Below are positions 49,301 through 57,379 of a stretch of DNA of 64,000 nucleotides, in pieces. Where the stretch lies: IMG/VR virus record IMGVR_UViG_3300029718_000386; one strand, given 5' to 3'. Each line of letters begins with the position of its first letter. Position 1 is the stretch's first letter. A program made the translations under genes and the position numbers. Source of the DNA: a virus (taxonomy: Duplodnaviria; Heunggongvirae; Uroviricota; Caudoviricetes). A model generated the notes under the pieces. That model was given only the letters and a program-made list of their open reading frames with translations. It was not told the origin of the DNA and searched no databases.

Positions 49301-50462
49301 TTTTACCTTTAGACGTAACCATTCTATTACGCATAGCGCTATCCACATTACAAATCACCTTAGACTGTGTAGTTGCTTGCGAATAGACTTTAACATCACC
49401 GGTAAACGTGGTGGTAAATACTGAGCCATTACTGTTTCTGATAGGAAGCACAATCTTATTTGGATCATACTTGCCATACTCAGTACCCAAAAACTTTTTG
49501 GAAACATAGTAAGTAGACTCATAACGCTTTTTGCTGTCATTCCAAGCCATCTGCGTATAATCATTACTACCCAAATCGCTGAAGTTACGCCATTGACTTC
49601 CACTCTTATATTGGAACTGCTGCCCATTCATCTGCATCTCAGCAGCTTCCAAAATCTCGTTATAGTAATCAGGACAATCTTTTACATTATTGAAATACTT
49701 ATTTTTTACAGTGTAATAGAAGTCATGCCAATAATAACGATAAGAAGCGTCAATGCTCTTGCTATAGGACCCCACGATATCCTGACTGCGCTCTTTATTC
49801 TTTGCATTGGCCTTATACGATTTAGAACGCACATCCGTCCACTTCGTATCGTTGCCGAAGCCAACGCGCTTGCCCTCATCCAGCTCCCACAGAATACACT
49901 GTGTAGCAATAAAATACAGTTGCTCACGGTAAAACTGATCGCCGGAGTTGGTGGTGAATTGTTTAAAGCCGTTGATGAGGACGTAATAAATTCTCCGCGC
50001 CCTCTTTTCTGGAATCTTAATACCGTCACTTTTTGCAGCATTGATGAAATCAGTAATCTTGTTTGGATCTACATTGATTGTCGTTACCGCACTGGCTCCG
50101 CTCTCATCACTGGTATAACCGTAAGATCTGGAAAGACGAAAAATCGGCACTTCATCTTTGCCAGCATTCTTTTCACTGCCGGACAAATCTGACGATACAT
50201 ACTTTCTCAGAAGATTGGTTGTACCGGCACCGGCTTTATTCCCGGCAATTTCTCTACTGTATTCCGGAATGCGAATTTTACCATTCTCATTCTTACCGTA
50301 GTTGTAGTTCCAGGCAACTTTGTATTTCTTACCATTGGAAATGGTAATCTGTCCGGATGCTACGTTGGCAAATGCCTGAATGGCTCCGACCGGAAATGTT
50401 GTAAAGAACATTAGCAATGCCAGAAACACAGACAAAATTCTTTTTGGAATAGATTTTTTCAT
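40386..50462 (-). CDS. Giant (3,358-aa) secreted surface protein. It has Listeria-Bacteroides-type repeat (Flg_new-like) domains, Ig-like beta-sandwich repeats and numerous CxxC...CxxC modules.
   Basis: RBS AAGGGGGAGG. Signal peptide MKKSIPKRILSVFLALLMFFTTFPVGAIQAFA. Repeated F(K/Q/S)GWG...YYAKW/YAQW signatures. There are at least 10 Cys clusters, for example CSLCGAQL, WQCSKCESTNSGVECDGETC, WKCSACGHSN, WTCYGCSYKDCPSCKEK and CANCGAW. No LPXTG was seen. Confidence 0.7.
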   Translation of the reverse strand: MKKSIPKRILSVFLALLMFFTTFPVGAIQAFANVASGQITISNGKKYKVAWNYNYGKNENGKIRIPEYSREIAGNKAGAGTTNLLRKYVSSDLSGSEKNAGKDEVPIFRLSRSYGYTSDESGASAVTTINVDPNKITDFINAAKSDGIKIPEKRARRIYYVLINGFKQFTTNSGDQFYREQLYFIATQCILWELDEGKRVGFGNDTKWTDVRSKSYKANAKNKERSQDIVGSYSKSIDASYRYYWHDFYYTVKNKYFNNVKDCPDYYNEILEAAEMQMNGQQFQYKSGSQWRNFSDLGSNDYTQMAWNDSKKRYESTYYVSKKFLGTEYGKYDPNKIVLPIRNSNGSVFTTTFTGDVKVYSQATTQSKVICNVDSAMRNRMVTSKGKKGPQYRGASVLGKTRNGKFYCVYFGDEEKNTTSYYGYVPVSSAKLKTKPAEPFMKVEVSGNKLTFYTSRRSNVSVNLAWHMNAPDIYNKATYFQGKDKTAGVKGYICGGRYNTVRVLFNLKTVAHRAYLKCSLDGANLKTITVAHGETVPGSYFNDQEKTHPQKHNNYKYTYSYKHWSASKNGSKMTNPVPSQKKIYGDTTFWMCLDKKENAKGRAVYYCSLCGAQLYDTSTSKNDREHYAGEKYTIPTGSKHVCSVNGGKITYNGKTIDVGDYSITFQGWGQDSNANAKLATGTLNDSLSVLSNHKAGSQTTVPSSTQKYYAKYALKLTNENKVLFKCSIDENEIALLRGAPGSTQGPVPAGESHNDSSNLSNLQYKGHPLSDYKITFSYWGTNPDYTVNDKSDDASLTVGNDITMPSAKVTVYYAKYTFTLQSTVNFVCALCGETISSTTANVGQTINAPSVNGHNCTGTAAIAGLNGDLEDLNRTFKGWGATADNYDYAKDQVTTIKTPAEGEVTYYAQWQLQNNISAAGSLSGIDDLLNAINYYESNYKDVTIDPSDDQAVAAAADAKEAADEAQKKISKWVGVSDNWTLQEGSSKAIKPSGQAGASTDYENSVETDMYVTDNNSLGKVVTVSIPKSTGFKIVSIVVDDGAVNKDGSPVGSRTLYPQNSEQFYKMSFNTNVASLKASDIHVTFAPVSDSKVILNYVALTDSFDYDSSSIYEDNTIVSSKVLDWDAAKAFSFKGGYYEDTVEQTDADGNTTTTTENVPYFKESVEYGGSTCDYVGAYGYIDVFGNYQHKEVAGEPDFTVDEMHGTLNVYLYYMPKGDGKGGIEYNLFARGDEAVEALNLLKTGSQLLLYRSKSLSSLPVNADELFNNINEKCGSKFSDYLTAQNNYAWKCSCGSIVENTSICPDCGKSIDDQGGVPEFWIVPDAWQCSKCESTNSGVECDGETCTNTYMQQTASSKTWKCSACGHSNSTLTCQGSTYDVELVKDITANVSESRANVNAFKEYPYACEGHEGDSPYTGGSVSLIRCSKCHKWFSGGLGVSNGRHTSTAYIGSPSIGYSKTNLALCGGGGSADQYDTAYVHTGGSLISSTIATGWQCSVCGTKHPAGKANCGHSIYPNYVTVSLPANSLTSGYYYYFVIKDNKSDRYYYNDEVTGGSVRYTNNHLVYNAEAYYGDQLNQIKVYDNATFNSRTPVAGARVMVLSESKYKELVGLKSADDLTWTCYGCSYKDCPSCKEKNAYDAIVCANCGAWLSDIPTYKTNPYNTDFCSECNEPRSDPDFQILKTDENGAIMFYGDADTYKFFIMPEDFTVSDVTKNIKDYNEVHLNYYAYEEAFKTSPKAFETVSEKSVVSSLEEFKNANTAGQKSIVGKTYLTEVDLYAKDRIDLRLHTLDKSANLNPEYKQGNPVENVSMNVYKMDSLGVYRSIERDKVLNTSKDFDFYSDDGTYLNYSYYPTEPGTYKFEFFFIDQNGEKQKVWTTRSGSVSFKENVQEIKYTGKYAKLDYYLKKQTNADSKTVTTFFDSVDRSYNESGVSFFDNDNIVYSLYTKNEKDELVPYTTLDLNKIGILAELSQKVSTLNAQKEADAKNFSTNTYPSFNKSYTYHDDATNDNFTITVDYQDYAFSSSKAREYANRWGECHNPYSPITEKKVTNAADALAAISNITPIKKYYVSITTKSPEDLYYSVSCDEFTSDESSTVFKVDSKSLADYEYSADTEGTIDGYNALSDFTALNFANGNDVLLNIGKGDQTQASQLNGIITTSNGLPIIGYDGVEYSKLFDQFMLRGNGNSTIALKDHINEDQINSLQSVLENDMMAYGVMLEYYPTGKPVAADAERAWDADGMDSTQNKYSVIKSQYSKSKTGVMYRDSVFDYANKSVLYFGDSAEGATPGALYNMLCDFAIRHQAADRDGYVVLKVLCSEATIDIYATDLATKYSIKNSLQSTNPVVANPFVKSSNLFTDGIPSEFVGISSVEFKEDKLKTKVTNIDNLATAQVTSREDAQNATARVTLDNTLQYLNLYTSKIATPLAVLKDYNVSPDGNATVMNEGNDLLTDADGYIYTLNANCSLDAATKDFGKSNFIYVGYKLEDNDGSNPAYPKNTHPYKMSVRLLSSVDKALENDDRRLFGLFGTSTRVTPNGTTANNIFSFKSDVQGSKPLGYDTVEHYTAEMDLKTYQIKTSIQNGTITKTVTGLRAGNYKNIAGADSVVTFTPDPGYQITSVKIDGKELNSGEKLTGAQLVWTGDTKSGKVSIPGTLSADHTVDVVCTRTYTITTSITNGTITDTITKIKYGETKNIEFTPNDGFMVSKIVIDKGLDTEKTISDVYKYWSGGSYTFENITADHSFDVECTAGIVVNTYLSKEAYETAGGSTDPIDPLKRQVDLLPYAIPDSAVKEKNVSSDTMTELEFAKMLYGPETNRDTIDENSWAAQFGEVFALSPEEQIENMGFAISSGVQANTKISSYYNKEDFPFVFSYYFPKELLDSLTAYYLEPSTMWFGCGPSGTANLKYQLCYEVPGHKDSDKKHIGLFGGVPTDGSKGATYNVGCYVNEKYLPVDVKFQYPNAKYSYGTDVVTSFIVDNHSTENFTDQNALNATGGLYAKLYNLNTGEWQYEAIENVEVKYDKKLIGRYNCQYAARTAVVPAAKNNLIYYTVRTPAVSSIDDSYESLGYKFYGVVPWVQLRYNDEENGQFVYCDSGRQDKNLVQLNDLDNTSSTNYEGYNLNGGDGYSYKDPTNDKPYANTTSWQEYTCENGVFKLHTYTARLGFQENLLKPLASAGAGSAQNPSKKVENNGDENYWETKSGYSLESRATANLTPQRKTDPALPDGSCVNAQSALAYYPEYNYQTINGKYSALYAMYGLKSAPTDRKYFGPYASLRPTGANTNENPYWFKFMEYEDEDSSARSLHHVPVWYPNDTDYKIQVRVADCWTPSGMLSYVGDSNAVKINGSLFDDFKTRETSPW

Positions 50463-50587
50463 TGGACCTCCCCCTTACGGATAAAAATAAATTGAATGTG
50501 AAAAAGAAAAAGGAACACCCCCTTGGTGCTCCTTTCAAAAAAATCATATATGTAAAATTATAACATACTCTCCACAAAAAGGAAAAC

Positions 50588-50620
50588 AGCGCAAGCATAA
50601 TGCTTGCGCTGCAAGTTACT
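50588..50620 (-). terminator. Terminator for gene 50902..51675.
   Basis: AGCGCAAGCAtaaTGCTTGCGCT perfect 10-bp stem, followed on the minus strand by GTTTTCCTTTTT. Confidence 0.5.
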
Positions 50621-50901
50621 TAAAACAGCGTTGATTCTACATATGCAACTCAGTGCTAATTAAGAAACACGCATTCAAACAATCCTAATACTTAATAAAA
50701 GCGCATCTCTGCAATGCACTTTTCAACCGCGGAAATTGATGCCGACCTTCTCTTTTCAAACATAAGCCGTTCTTTATACCCTTCTGTTGATAAGATATTT
50801 CTTTCACCTTTCCGAGGTGACAATTTGATTTTTTGATCAGTATATACTCTCTTTTTATTTACCATAATTACACCAGATACATTATAATTGTAAAGAAAAA
50901 A

Positions 50902-51675
50902 TCAGCTACTCTTTTTTTGCAAATGAATTGTCACGACATCACATAATCGAAACTCGGATTGCCCCACGTTTTCAATTATACCAAAGCCTAGAAATTCATT
51001 AAGCCATTTTTTAGTAATTTTCTTTGCCTTTTCTTCCATTGTTTCTTCACTGCCGTCATAAAGTTGTTTAATTTTTTCTACTGCTTCATCCATTGAGAAT
51101 GATGGCTGAGTACGGCTACGACCAATTATCCATCTTAACAGCTCATGACCATCTTTATCAAGATTTGTGCACACACAATTTTCATACAACATCAGTGCAA
51201 TACTCACAACAAAAGCCGCAATATTCAAGACTGTTCTTATATCATCATTTTGAGCGTCCTGTTGAGCAAGAGTTAACACAACAGCTCGTGAAAATGCAGA
51301 CAAACAAAACCAAACTACATTTTTATCGGTGTGAATCAAACCATCTCCAACAACATACGTTCTAGCATATAGAGATTCTCCTGTAGCTGGCTGAGAAACA
51401 GAAATCGCATCTTTTAGTGCAGATTTTATTACGTCTACATTAGCTTCTATTTGTTTCTTTTGTTTGTCATCACTTTTACTTTTATTCACTAAATCATTAT
51501 AGACAGACTCTATAAAATTCTGAATATCACAATCAGATGTATTATCGCACACCGGTGTATAGCCGCTAAATTGCATTTGCATAGCAATTCTTGAACTTTG
51601 CTCGCACCTAGCATTTTCACTTTGGATATTTCGTAATCTATTTTGGTAAATTTTACTTTTTTCTTCTTGCATCAT
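50902..51675 (-). CDS. Hypothetical protein.
   Basis: Start MMQEEK with RBS AATGGAGG. Confidence 0.4.
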   Translation of the reverse strand: MMQEEKSKIYQNRLRNIQSENARCEQSSRIAMQMQFSGYTPVCDNTSDCDIQNFIESVYNDLVNKSKSDDKQKKQIEANVDVIKSALKDAISVSQPATGESLYARTYVVGDGLIHTDKNVVWFCLSAFSRAVVLTLAQQDAQNDDIRTVLNIAAFVVSIALMLYENCVCTNLDKDGHELLRWIIGRSRTQPSFSMDEAVEKIKQLYDGSEETMEEKAKKITKKWLNEFLGFGIIENVGQSEFRLCDVVTIHLQKKSS

Positions 51676-51707
51676 AATGCCTCCATTAAGATAGATCAAG
51701 ATTGCAT

Positions 51708-51935
51708 TTATTGAAATTTGGGATAAATCACTGGCCTTGCAGCCGCCTTATCAGGACATACCGGAACACCGTTATCTTTGAATATAGCGTTCTTTTGACC
51801 AAGTAGTGCGAGATAGACATCTCGTTCTGCCTTGAAAGCTGTTGTATCGAGTAACATTACGCCACTAGACATCCCCTTGTTTCCTAAATACTCATCTGAA
51901 ATTTGGATAAGCCAAACCAACTTTGGCAATTCCAT
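51708..51935 (-). CDS. Small hypothetical protein.
   Basis: 75-aa ORF, 32 nt downstream of the C39-like gene. Confidence 0.25.
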   Translation of the reverse strand: MELPKLVWLIQISDEYLGNKGMSSGVMLLDTTAFKAERDVYLALLGQKNAIFKDNGVPVCPDKAAARPVIYPKFQ

Positions 51936-51967
51936 AGCAAGAACACAGTCGGCATACGGGTATGTAT

Positions 51968-53194
51968 CTAGGTTTTTCGTACAAATTCTTTATACGTGTT
52001 ACTAGAGACGATCACAATCGATATATCGATTATTTCACAGTCCTGGTTAAAGAATTCAATATTAGCATTTTCTTCGCGCAAATAACACAAGGCAAATTGT
52101 TTTGCAGACACATAATTCAGCTTCATTTTTGAATATAACGGAGCCACAAACCCACAGATTTTTCCATAAGAGTTGTTTTTATTTACGTTATTTAAAGCAG
52201 AAATGCTTAATTCACTGTATGCGAACTCTGAATCATCCAAAACAACCAATGTGTTCAACAGTGCTGATGTAAATGCACCCAAAACCGGCTTTCCGTCCAC
52301 AAATATTTCTTGACAAGGAAGGCACCATGGGGTATACTCCCGCATTAAACTGATTGTTTTCTCCGTTTTGTAACCAACACACAAGACAGCATGATTAAGT
52401 TCCCCATCATTAGTAAGAAGTATTACAGGAATTCTAGATTGGACGTAAGTAGACAATTCTTCAATCAAGTCGAAATAAGAATAGCAACCAGAAGCCATCC
52501 ACCTCAAAACAGGTAAATAGCCGGCACGTGTAAGCACTGCAGACATCTGTTTTCCACTTATTCCATCTGCTGCAGATAACGTGTTTTCAGGATCATCCAG
52601 GACTTCTGCGAATCGTGTAGCTGCATAATCATGAAATTTTGGGAAATAATTCAAGATTCCCCAAAGAGAATCGTGTCCACAACACAAACCATATGGAAGT
52701 TGTTTTATACATGGGAAAGCATCTAACGTTAGTTCATACCCCAAGTGATGAATTTTGCCCGGATACGATATCACAGAATATTTATCATTTAGTAAAACAG
52801 ACGGATCTATCGACACTCTTCCGAGCCTATAAGGCGAGTTTACTGGAAATAACGTGCAAAATCCAAGGAATTTATAATCATCGGGAAAAGAAAGTACTCC
52901 TATTGAAACTGATTCATGTTTTGAAAAGAACATAACACGGAGACAGCGCTTGTCAATATTGGCATATTTCATACCATGCTTATAAACACAACTCAAATAT
53001 TCGCGATCATAATATGGGTATTCCATAACAATCAGGTCTGTTTTATCCATTAACTTAACCTGTTTGCGCATCTGGCACATCACTTCATCAGTAAAAAACG
53101 AACGTATAATTTGGTCGTCGATTATCTCGTCGTCCTGCAAAAAGTCAAAGTTTGTTTCGCCGCTGACATCAATACTTATGGTTTTTATCATCAT
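51968..53194 (-). CDS. Papain-fold cysteine peptidase-like protein (C39-like).
   Basis: Cys motif LCCGHDSLWGILNYF and His motif NHAVLCVGYK, in the order and spacing typical of C39/papain-like peptidases. RBS AAGAGGAG. Confidence 0.4.
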   Translation of the reverse strand: MMIKTISIDVSGETNFDFLQDDEIIDDQIIRSFFTDEVMCQMRKQVKLMDKTDLIVMEYPYYDREYLSCVYKHGMKYANIDKRCLRVMFFSKHESVSIGVLSFPDDYKFLGFCTLFPVNSPYRLGRVSIDPSVLLNDKYSVISYPGKIHHLGYELTLDAFPCIKQLPYGLCCGHDSLWGILNYFPKFHDYAATRFAEVLDDPENTLSAADGISGKQMSAVLTRAGYLPVLRWMASGCYSYFDLIEELSTYVQSRIPVILLTNDGELNHAVLCVGYKTEKTISLMREYTPWCLPCQEIFVDGKPVLGAFTSALLNTLVVLDDSEFAYSELSISALNNVNKNNSYGKICGFVAPLYSKMKLNYVSAKQFALCYLREENANIEFFNQDCEIIDISIVIVSSNTYKEFVRKT

Positions 53195-53700
53195 TTTCTC
53201 CTCTTTACTACCGACCTTTTGCTACAATGCGCTTGCTCTAAAGAATCATGTAATTCTTTGTTCGGCAAGCCTGCAAAGCAGTGCCCATTTTTCACTTCTC
53301 AGTTTCACTAATAATATATGAGTAAATAGATTTTGTCAATATAAAAAACTAAAATTATTTGTATTTTTTATATTTTTGGCCTTCAAATATAAAATGATAC
53401 CATTAATTTTAAAATTCTATTGAAATCTCAGAGCATTTGATATATAATGTAATATCTATTAATGTGGGTTTGTTTGTGCATCGTACATAAAGACCAGATT
53501 AGAAATCAAGTCTTAGATGTACATACATCAATATTCATTAAGAAATGGGAGTTCCTAACGGAACTCCCATTTTCGCGTCATGTTCAGATAACAACAAAAT
53601 ATCGATTTAACAACTTCAGTGCCAATAACACTTGTTAAGCAGAGATTCCTATTAAATATCAAATAGCCCCATGAACGCACCTCCTCCAACAATAATTTGT

Positions 53701-53898
53701 TTAATAAAATCGAATATTGCGCGCGTAATCTGCTGAAATTGATCGCTTACGTTCCTCTTCGCTAATCTGATTAAGACGCTTAATATAATTCTTATCAGAA
53801 AGAATTGGGCCGGTACATCTCACCAAATGGCCGACATCAGGGTTAGGCACGCTCGGCCTTTTCTTTGAGTAGTTATCGTTCATTTTTTCACCTCTCAT
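53701..53898 (-). CDS. Small hypothetical protein.
   Basis: 65 aa. Overlaps the upstream gene stop. Followed by terminator GGGAGTTCCtaacGGAACTCCC at 53540..53575. Confidence 0.3.
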   Translation of the reverse strand: MRGEKMNDNYSKKRPSVPNPDVGHLVRCTGPILSDKNYIKRLNQISEEERKRSISADYARNIRFY

Positions 53899-54696
53899 AG
53901 CTATACCCCGTCATAACGAAAACATCGCCAAGTACATATACAGGTGTGCCATCGCTGGCAAGACGATTTTTTGTAATTATGCCTAATTGAACCAATGTGT
54001 CTATTTGGTCCTGCGTGAGCTGAAACATTTGATTACAAGATTCTACAGATCCCCACTCGGCGAACACATACTTCAGCTTTGCCAGATATTGCAAAAATTT
54101 GATTTGCTCATCGTCCACCACATCACTATACAGCACCTGGATTATGCTTGCAACGCAGTAATATCTATATATGTCCGCAAAATCTTGCCAATACAGTCTT
54201 ATTTCGCTCTTGACGTCTTGTTTACTAAAAAATATACTGCACAATTTCAGAATAATGCCGCTAAATTGATGTAAATCCAAAAACGCTAACATTGTGCGAT
54301 CGTCAAATGTATCCGGGCCTTGTCTGGAAATTCCACCTGCGATTGTTTTAGGGATTTTATTCTCAAATACGATAGAATCATATACAGCAGAGTAAAAAAT
54401 TCCATGATTTCGTTGGAATTTGATGAGTTCGTTCCACAATGATGTTATCTCTCCATCATTAAGAGTTTCAGTCTTCGATTTGTTACACTGCTCTCGAATT
54501 AGCCTGCAACATTCCTTTCCACTACCAAACGCAGCGTATTGGTCATCTTCGTTTGGCCACTTCAACTGACGGAGCAAACTATCTTTCAGCATCCCTATAC
54601 TTGATTGGCCATTTCCAATATAAAAGCCTTTCATTGACTGAGCGTCTTGAAATGCTTGTGCATCAATTCTATCAATAGTATCATACCAACTCATAT
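53888..54696 (-). CDS. Hypothetical protein.
   Basis: Likely start MSWYDTIDR (GGAGGT 13 nt upstream). The track ORF extends further 5' without an RBS. Confidence 0.35.
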
Positions 54697-55504
54697 TATT
54701 ATTCGCGACCTCCATTTTGTATTTATTCTTCAAAATATTAATACCACACAAGCAAAAAAATAAAAAGGAACCCGTCCAAGGTCCCTTTTTATTTGAAAAA
54801 AGTTCTAATGCCCTTTTCACTCCGGAGAAAGACTTCTGTGTACTAAGTGATGCTTTTTAAAACCATTCTCTTGTTGTTCTGCGCCAAGTTGTGACAATCG
54901 ATAAATAAAAAGGGAGTCGAATTGCTCCAACCCCCTCAGGTATGAGTCCGCAAACGCATACCCCTATTAATATAATTATACACCAAACAGAAAATAAAGA
55001 CAAGGCTCATTGAAACAAAAGTGCAAAAAAACAGTGAAAGCGCCAACAACGACGCCATCACTGGCTATTACTCCGCATATCCTATCCGGAGTTTCTTTGT
55101 CATGAGTTACGATGCTGCCCATCAGCCACGAGTGCCATTTCTGACACTCAACATGATGAAGAACTTTTACCGACTTCTTCTTGTCTACAACTTTAGATGC
55201 TCAAACATCGCAGAAATCACTTCCTGCACTTTTAATATTGCATTTTTTGTCAACTACATATAATTTTTTAGCACCGTTGTGCTCTCCAGCTGTTAAAACT
55301 GCAGCCTATTCTGTTTCAATTCTGCAAAAGCAATAAAAAAGTCACACCGGGTTGCGTATGAATAATCAGAGGCGTGGTGGGGTCTGTTGACATTATTATA
55401 CAGATTTTCGATATTACCGTCAAAGTCGTTTTAAATCATTTTTTTGCGAATCAGAGCCACTTACTAAAATTATAACATAGTTTTTTTACGTCTCTATGAA
55501 TAAA

Positions 55505-55540
55505 AACGGCCCTCCTTTTGGAAGGCCGAAGAGTTTTTGA
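55505..55540 (-). terminator. Terminator after the TIR-like gene.
   Basis: aaaaaCGGCCCTCCttttGGAAGGCCGaagagttttt. Confidence 0.5.
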
Positions 55541-55555
55541 CTGATAACAACTGCA

Positions 55556-55951
55556 CTATTTTACATTCTCATTAATCCAAGACTCCAGAGAATCTTTACG
55601 ACAAGCAATTACCTGAATGCCAAATTCACTTATATATGAACTATTGCTATCGGTAATTCGGATGGCAACTATCGGTTTATGATTATCAACGGCAAACTTA
55701 ATTTCATCTATTGACATTCCATTGTTGTTCGCAGGTCTGTTGGAGCAAACAACCACATCAGCACGTTTGATCCGCCGTTGAATCTGCGGGTCAACATTGT
55801 ATCTCTTGTCAATGAAATCAAGCGGAGCGGTCTCCGGAACTGACTTATCAGATATTTCGTATTTTGTTCTGTCAAGCAATTCATAAATTTTCGCGTAGTC
55901 TTCATAGCTCCATCTGTGTGGAATGAATACTTTAATTTTGTTTTGTTGAAT
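55556..55951 (-). CDS. TIR-like (DUF1863-like) small protein.
   Basis: Start MVIQQNKIKVFIPHRW with RBS AAGAGGAG. Pattern KVFIPHRWSYEDY...RADVVVCSNRPA...IDEIKFAVDNHKPIVAIR resembles TIR-like/STIR folds. The assignment is tentative. Confidence 0.35.
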   Translation of the reverse strand: MQQNKIKVFIPHRWSYEDYAKIYELLDRTKYEISDKSVPETAPLDFIDKRYNVDPQIQRRIKRADVVVCSNRPANNNGMSIDEIKFAVDNHKPIVAIRITDSNSSYISEFGIQVIACRKDSLESWINENVK

Positions 55952-55974
55952 TACCATTATATACATCTCCTCTT

Positions 55975-56943
55975 TTAAATAATATTTTTCTTGGCGAGCA
56001 TCCAATAATGCTGTCCAAGCGCCGTAAGCTTACAGGATTTACGGTAAATTGCAGCGTAATACATATGCTTTTCGCCGACTGGAACCACTAAATTCAATTT
56101 AACATAATGTTGCAAAACAGCAAAAATTGATTCATGTTCTTTATTGACTTCTTTTGTGTCGGCTTCATGTTTATCTGGTTCATATGTTGGATCCAGTTTA
56201 AACTCAGCACTAGGCTCGTCAAAAAGCTCGGTAATGCGTCGAAGATCTTCGATAGAAATCGGAGGGTTGTTTTTTCTCAAAGAAACAAAGTTCTTAATGT
56301 TTGCTTTAAATACTGGGCGCTGCTCCCACGGACCAAGTGATCTATCTATGTAGGCGTATAGACTACCAGGAGACACATCACCAAGCAAATTCATCGCGCC
56401 ACCCATCAATGCTTCAACTAACAACGAAGTGAAAACCCCTGAGCCGTTATTCTCAGACGCAACATCATGAGCCTCACACGCAGCTAATACTACCGTGCCG
56501 TCATCTATTACAGAGCGATTGGGTGTTGCTACACAACTTGCTATCGATCCACTGCAACAACTATCTAAAATAATGATCTTATTTTGTGCTTTAGAATCAG
56601 CAGCAAGCTTCATCACATCATTTAACGGGAACCCATCACCAACGTCTCTCACTTCACTTGTACATAAATATTCACCAACCGAATCAAAGGATCCATGCCC
56701 AGCAAAGTAGAACAACGCCACCTCTGTTTCACTTTTAAATAACTCTTCAACAGCCGCTTTAAGCTGTGATCTAGAGATACGCGAGTCTTTACTGGTGGCA
56801 CACATTTTTTTCACTCCAAAATTAATTGTGCCATCTGCGTTTCTTTCCAATACTGTTCCAACAGCATTCGCATCGTTTACACAACCGCTAAGATTTGGAA
56901 CGTGTTCATAGTTATCAATTCCGACGCACAGTGCTTTTCTCAT
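55975..56943 (-). CDS. Caspase-like (peptidase C14 / metacaspase-type) protein.
   Basis: ALCVGIDNYEHVPNLSGCVNDA. His box YFAGHGS. Cys box IILDSCCSG. RBS AAAGGAAC. The TIR-like gene immediately downstream has a separate RBS and follows after a 24-nt gap. The track ORF version of that gene would overlap this one by 31 nt. Confidence 0.65.
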   Translation of the reverse strand: MRKALCVGIDNYEHVPNLSGCVNDANAVGTVLERNADGTINFGVKKMCATSKDSRISRSQLKAAVEELFKSETEVALFYFAGHGSFDSVGEYLCTSEVRDVGDGFPLNDVMKLAADSKAQNKIIILDSCCSGSIASCVATPNRSVIDDGTVVLAACEAHDVASENNGSGVFTSLLVEALMGGAMNLLGDVSPGSLYAYIDRSLGPWEQRPVFKANIKNFVSLRKNNPPISIEDLRRITELFDEPSAEFKLDPTYEPDKHEADTKEVNKEHESIFAVLQHYVKLNLVVPVGEKHMYYAAIYRKSCKLTALGQHYWMLAKKNII

Positions 56944-57379
56944 AATTTGTTCCTTTCTTTAAAATTCAATTTAACGTTCTACAGCAACCTCTCTCATAAC
57001 ATACATTACACAGCATTTATCCGTTTAGTGATTTAAAGTCTTGATAAATCGCATTATAAATCACATGTTTTTGTTTTGCCATCAAATGAACACTGTGTAA
57101 ATTCGCGATACTTGTGCATAAGTTATCACCATCCTTCCTAAATGTTTGTATTTGTAACACATTTCACTTACAGCATACAATCAATGACAATATTTGTCAA
57201 TGACTTATTGTAAAAATTATACATTTTATATACAATTTATATACAATGTTATCGTTAAATCAACATAGTGAGGCTCGCACCAAATCAACATATACTAACA
57301 ACTCTTACATAATGATTTAAAGCAAACAAAAAAGACCCACCAAAGGTGGGCCTATCAAAATAATTAAGGATCAAAAAAA

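Noticed and set aside
40469-50347. Multiple 60-200-aa ORFs on both strands inside the giant gene
   Set aside because: All are nested within a continuous 10-kb ORF with signal peptide and repeat-domain signatures. No independent expression signals.
54905-54930. tRNA-T-arm-like hairpin GGAGTCGAATTGCTCC on the plus strand
   Set aside because: No acceptor/anticodon arms or CCA context could be assembled around it. Probably coincidental.
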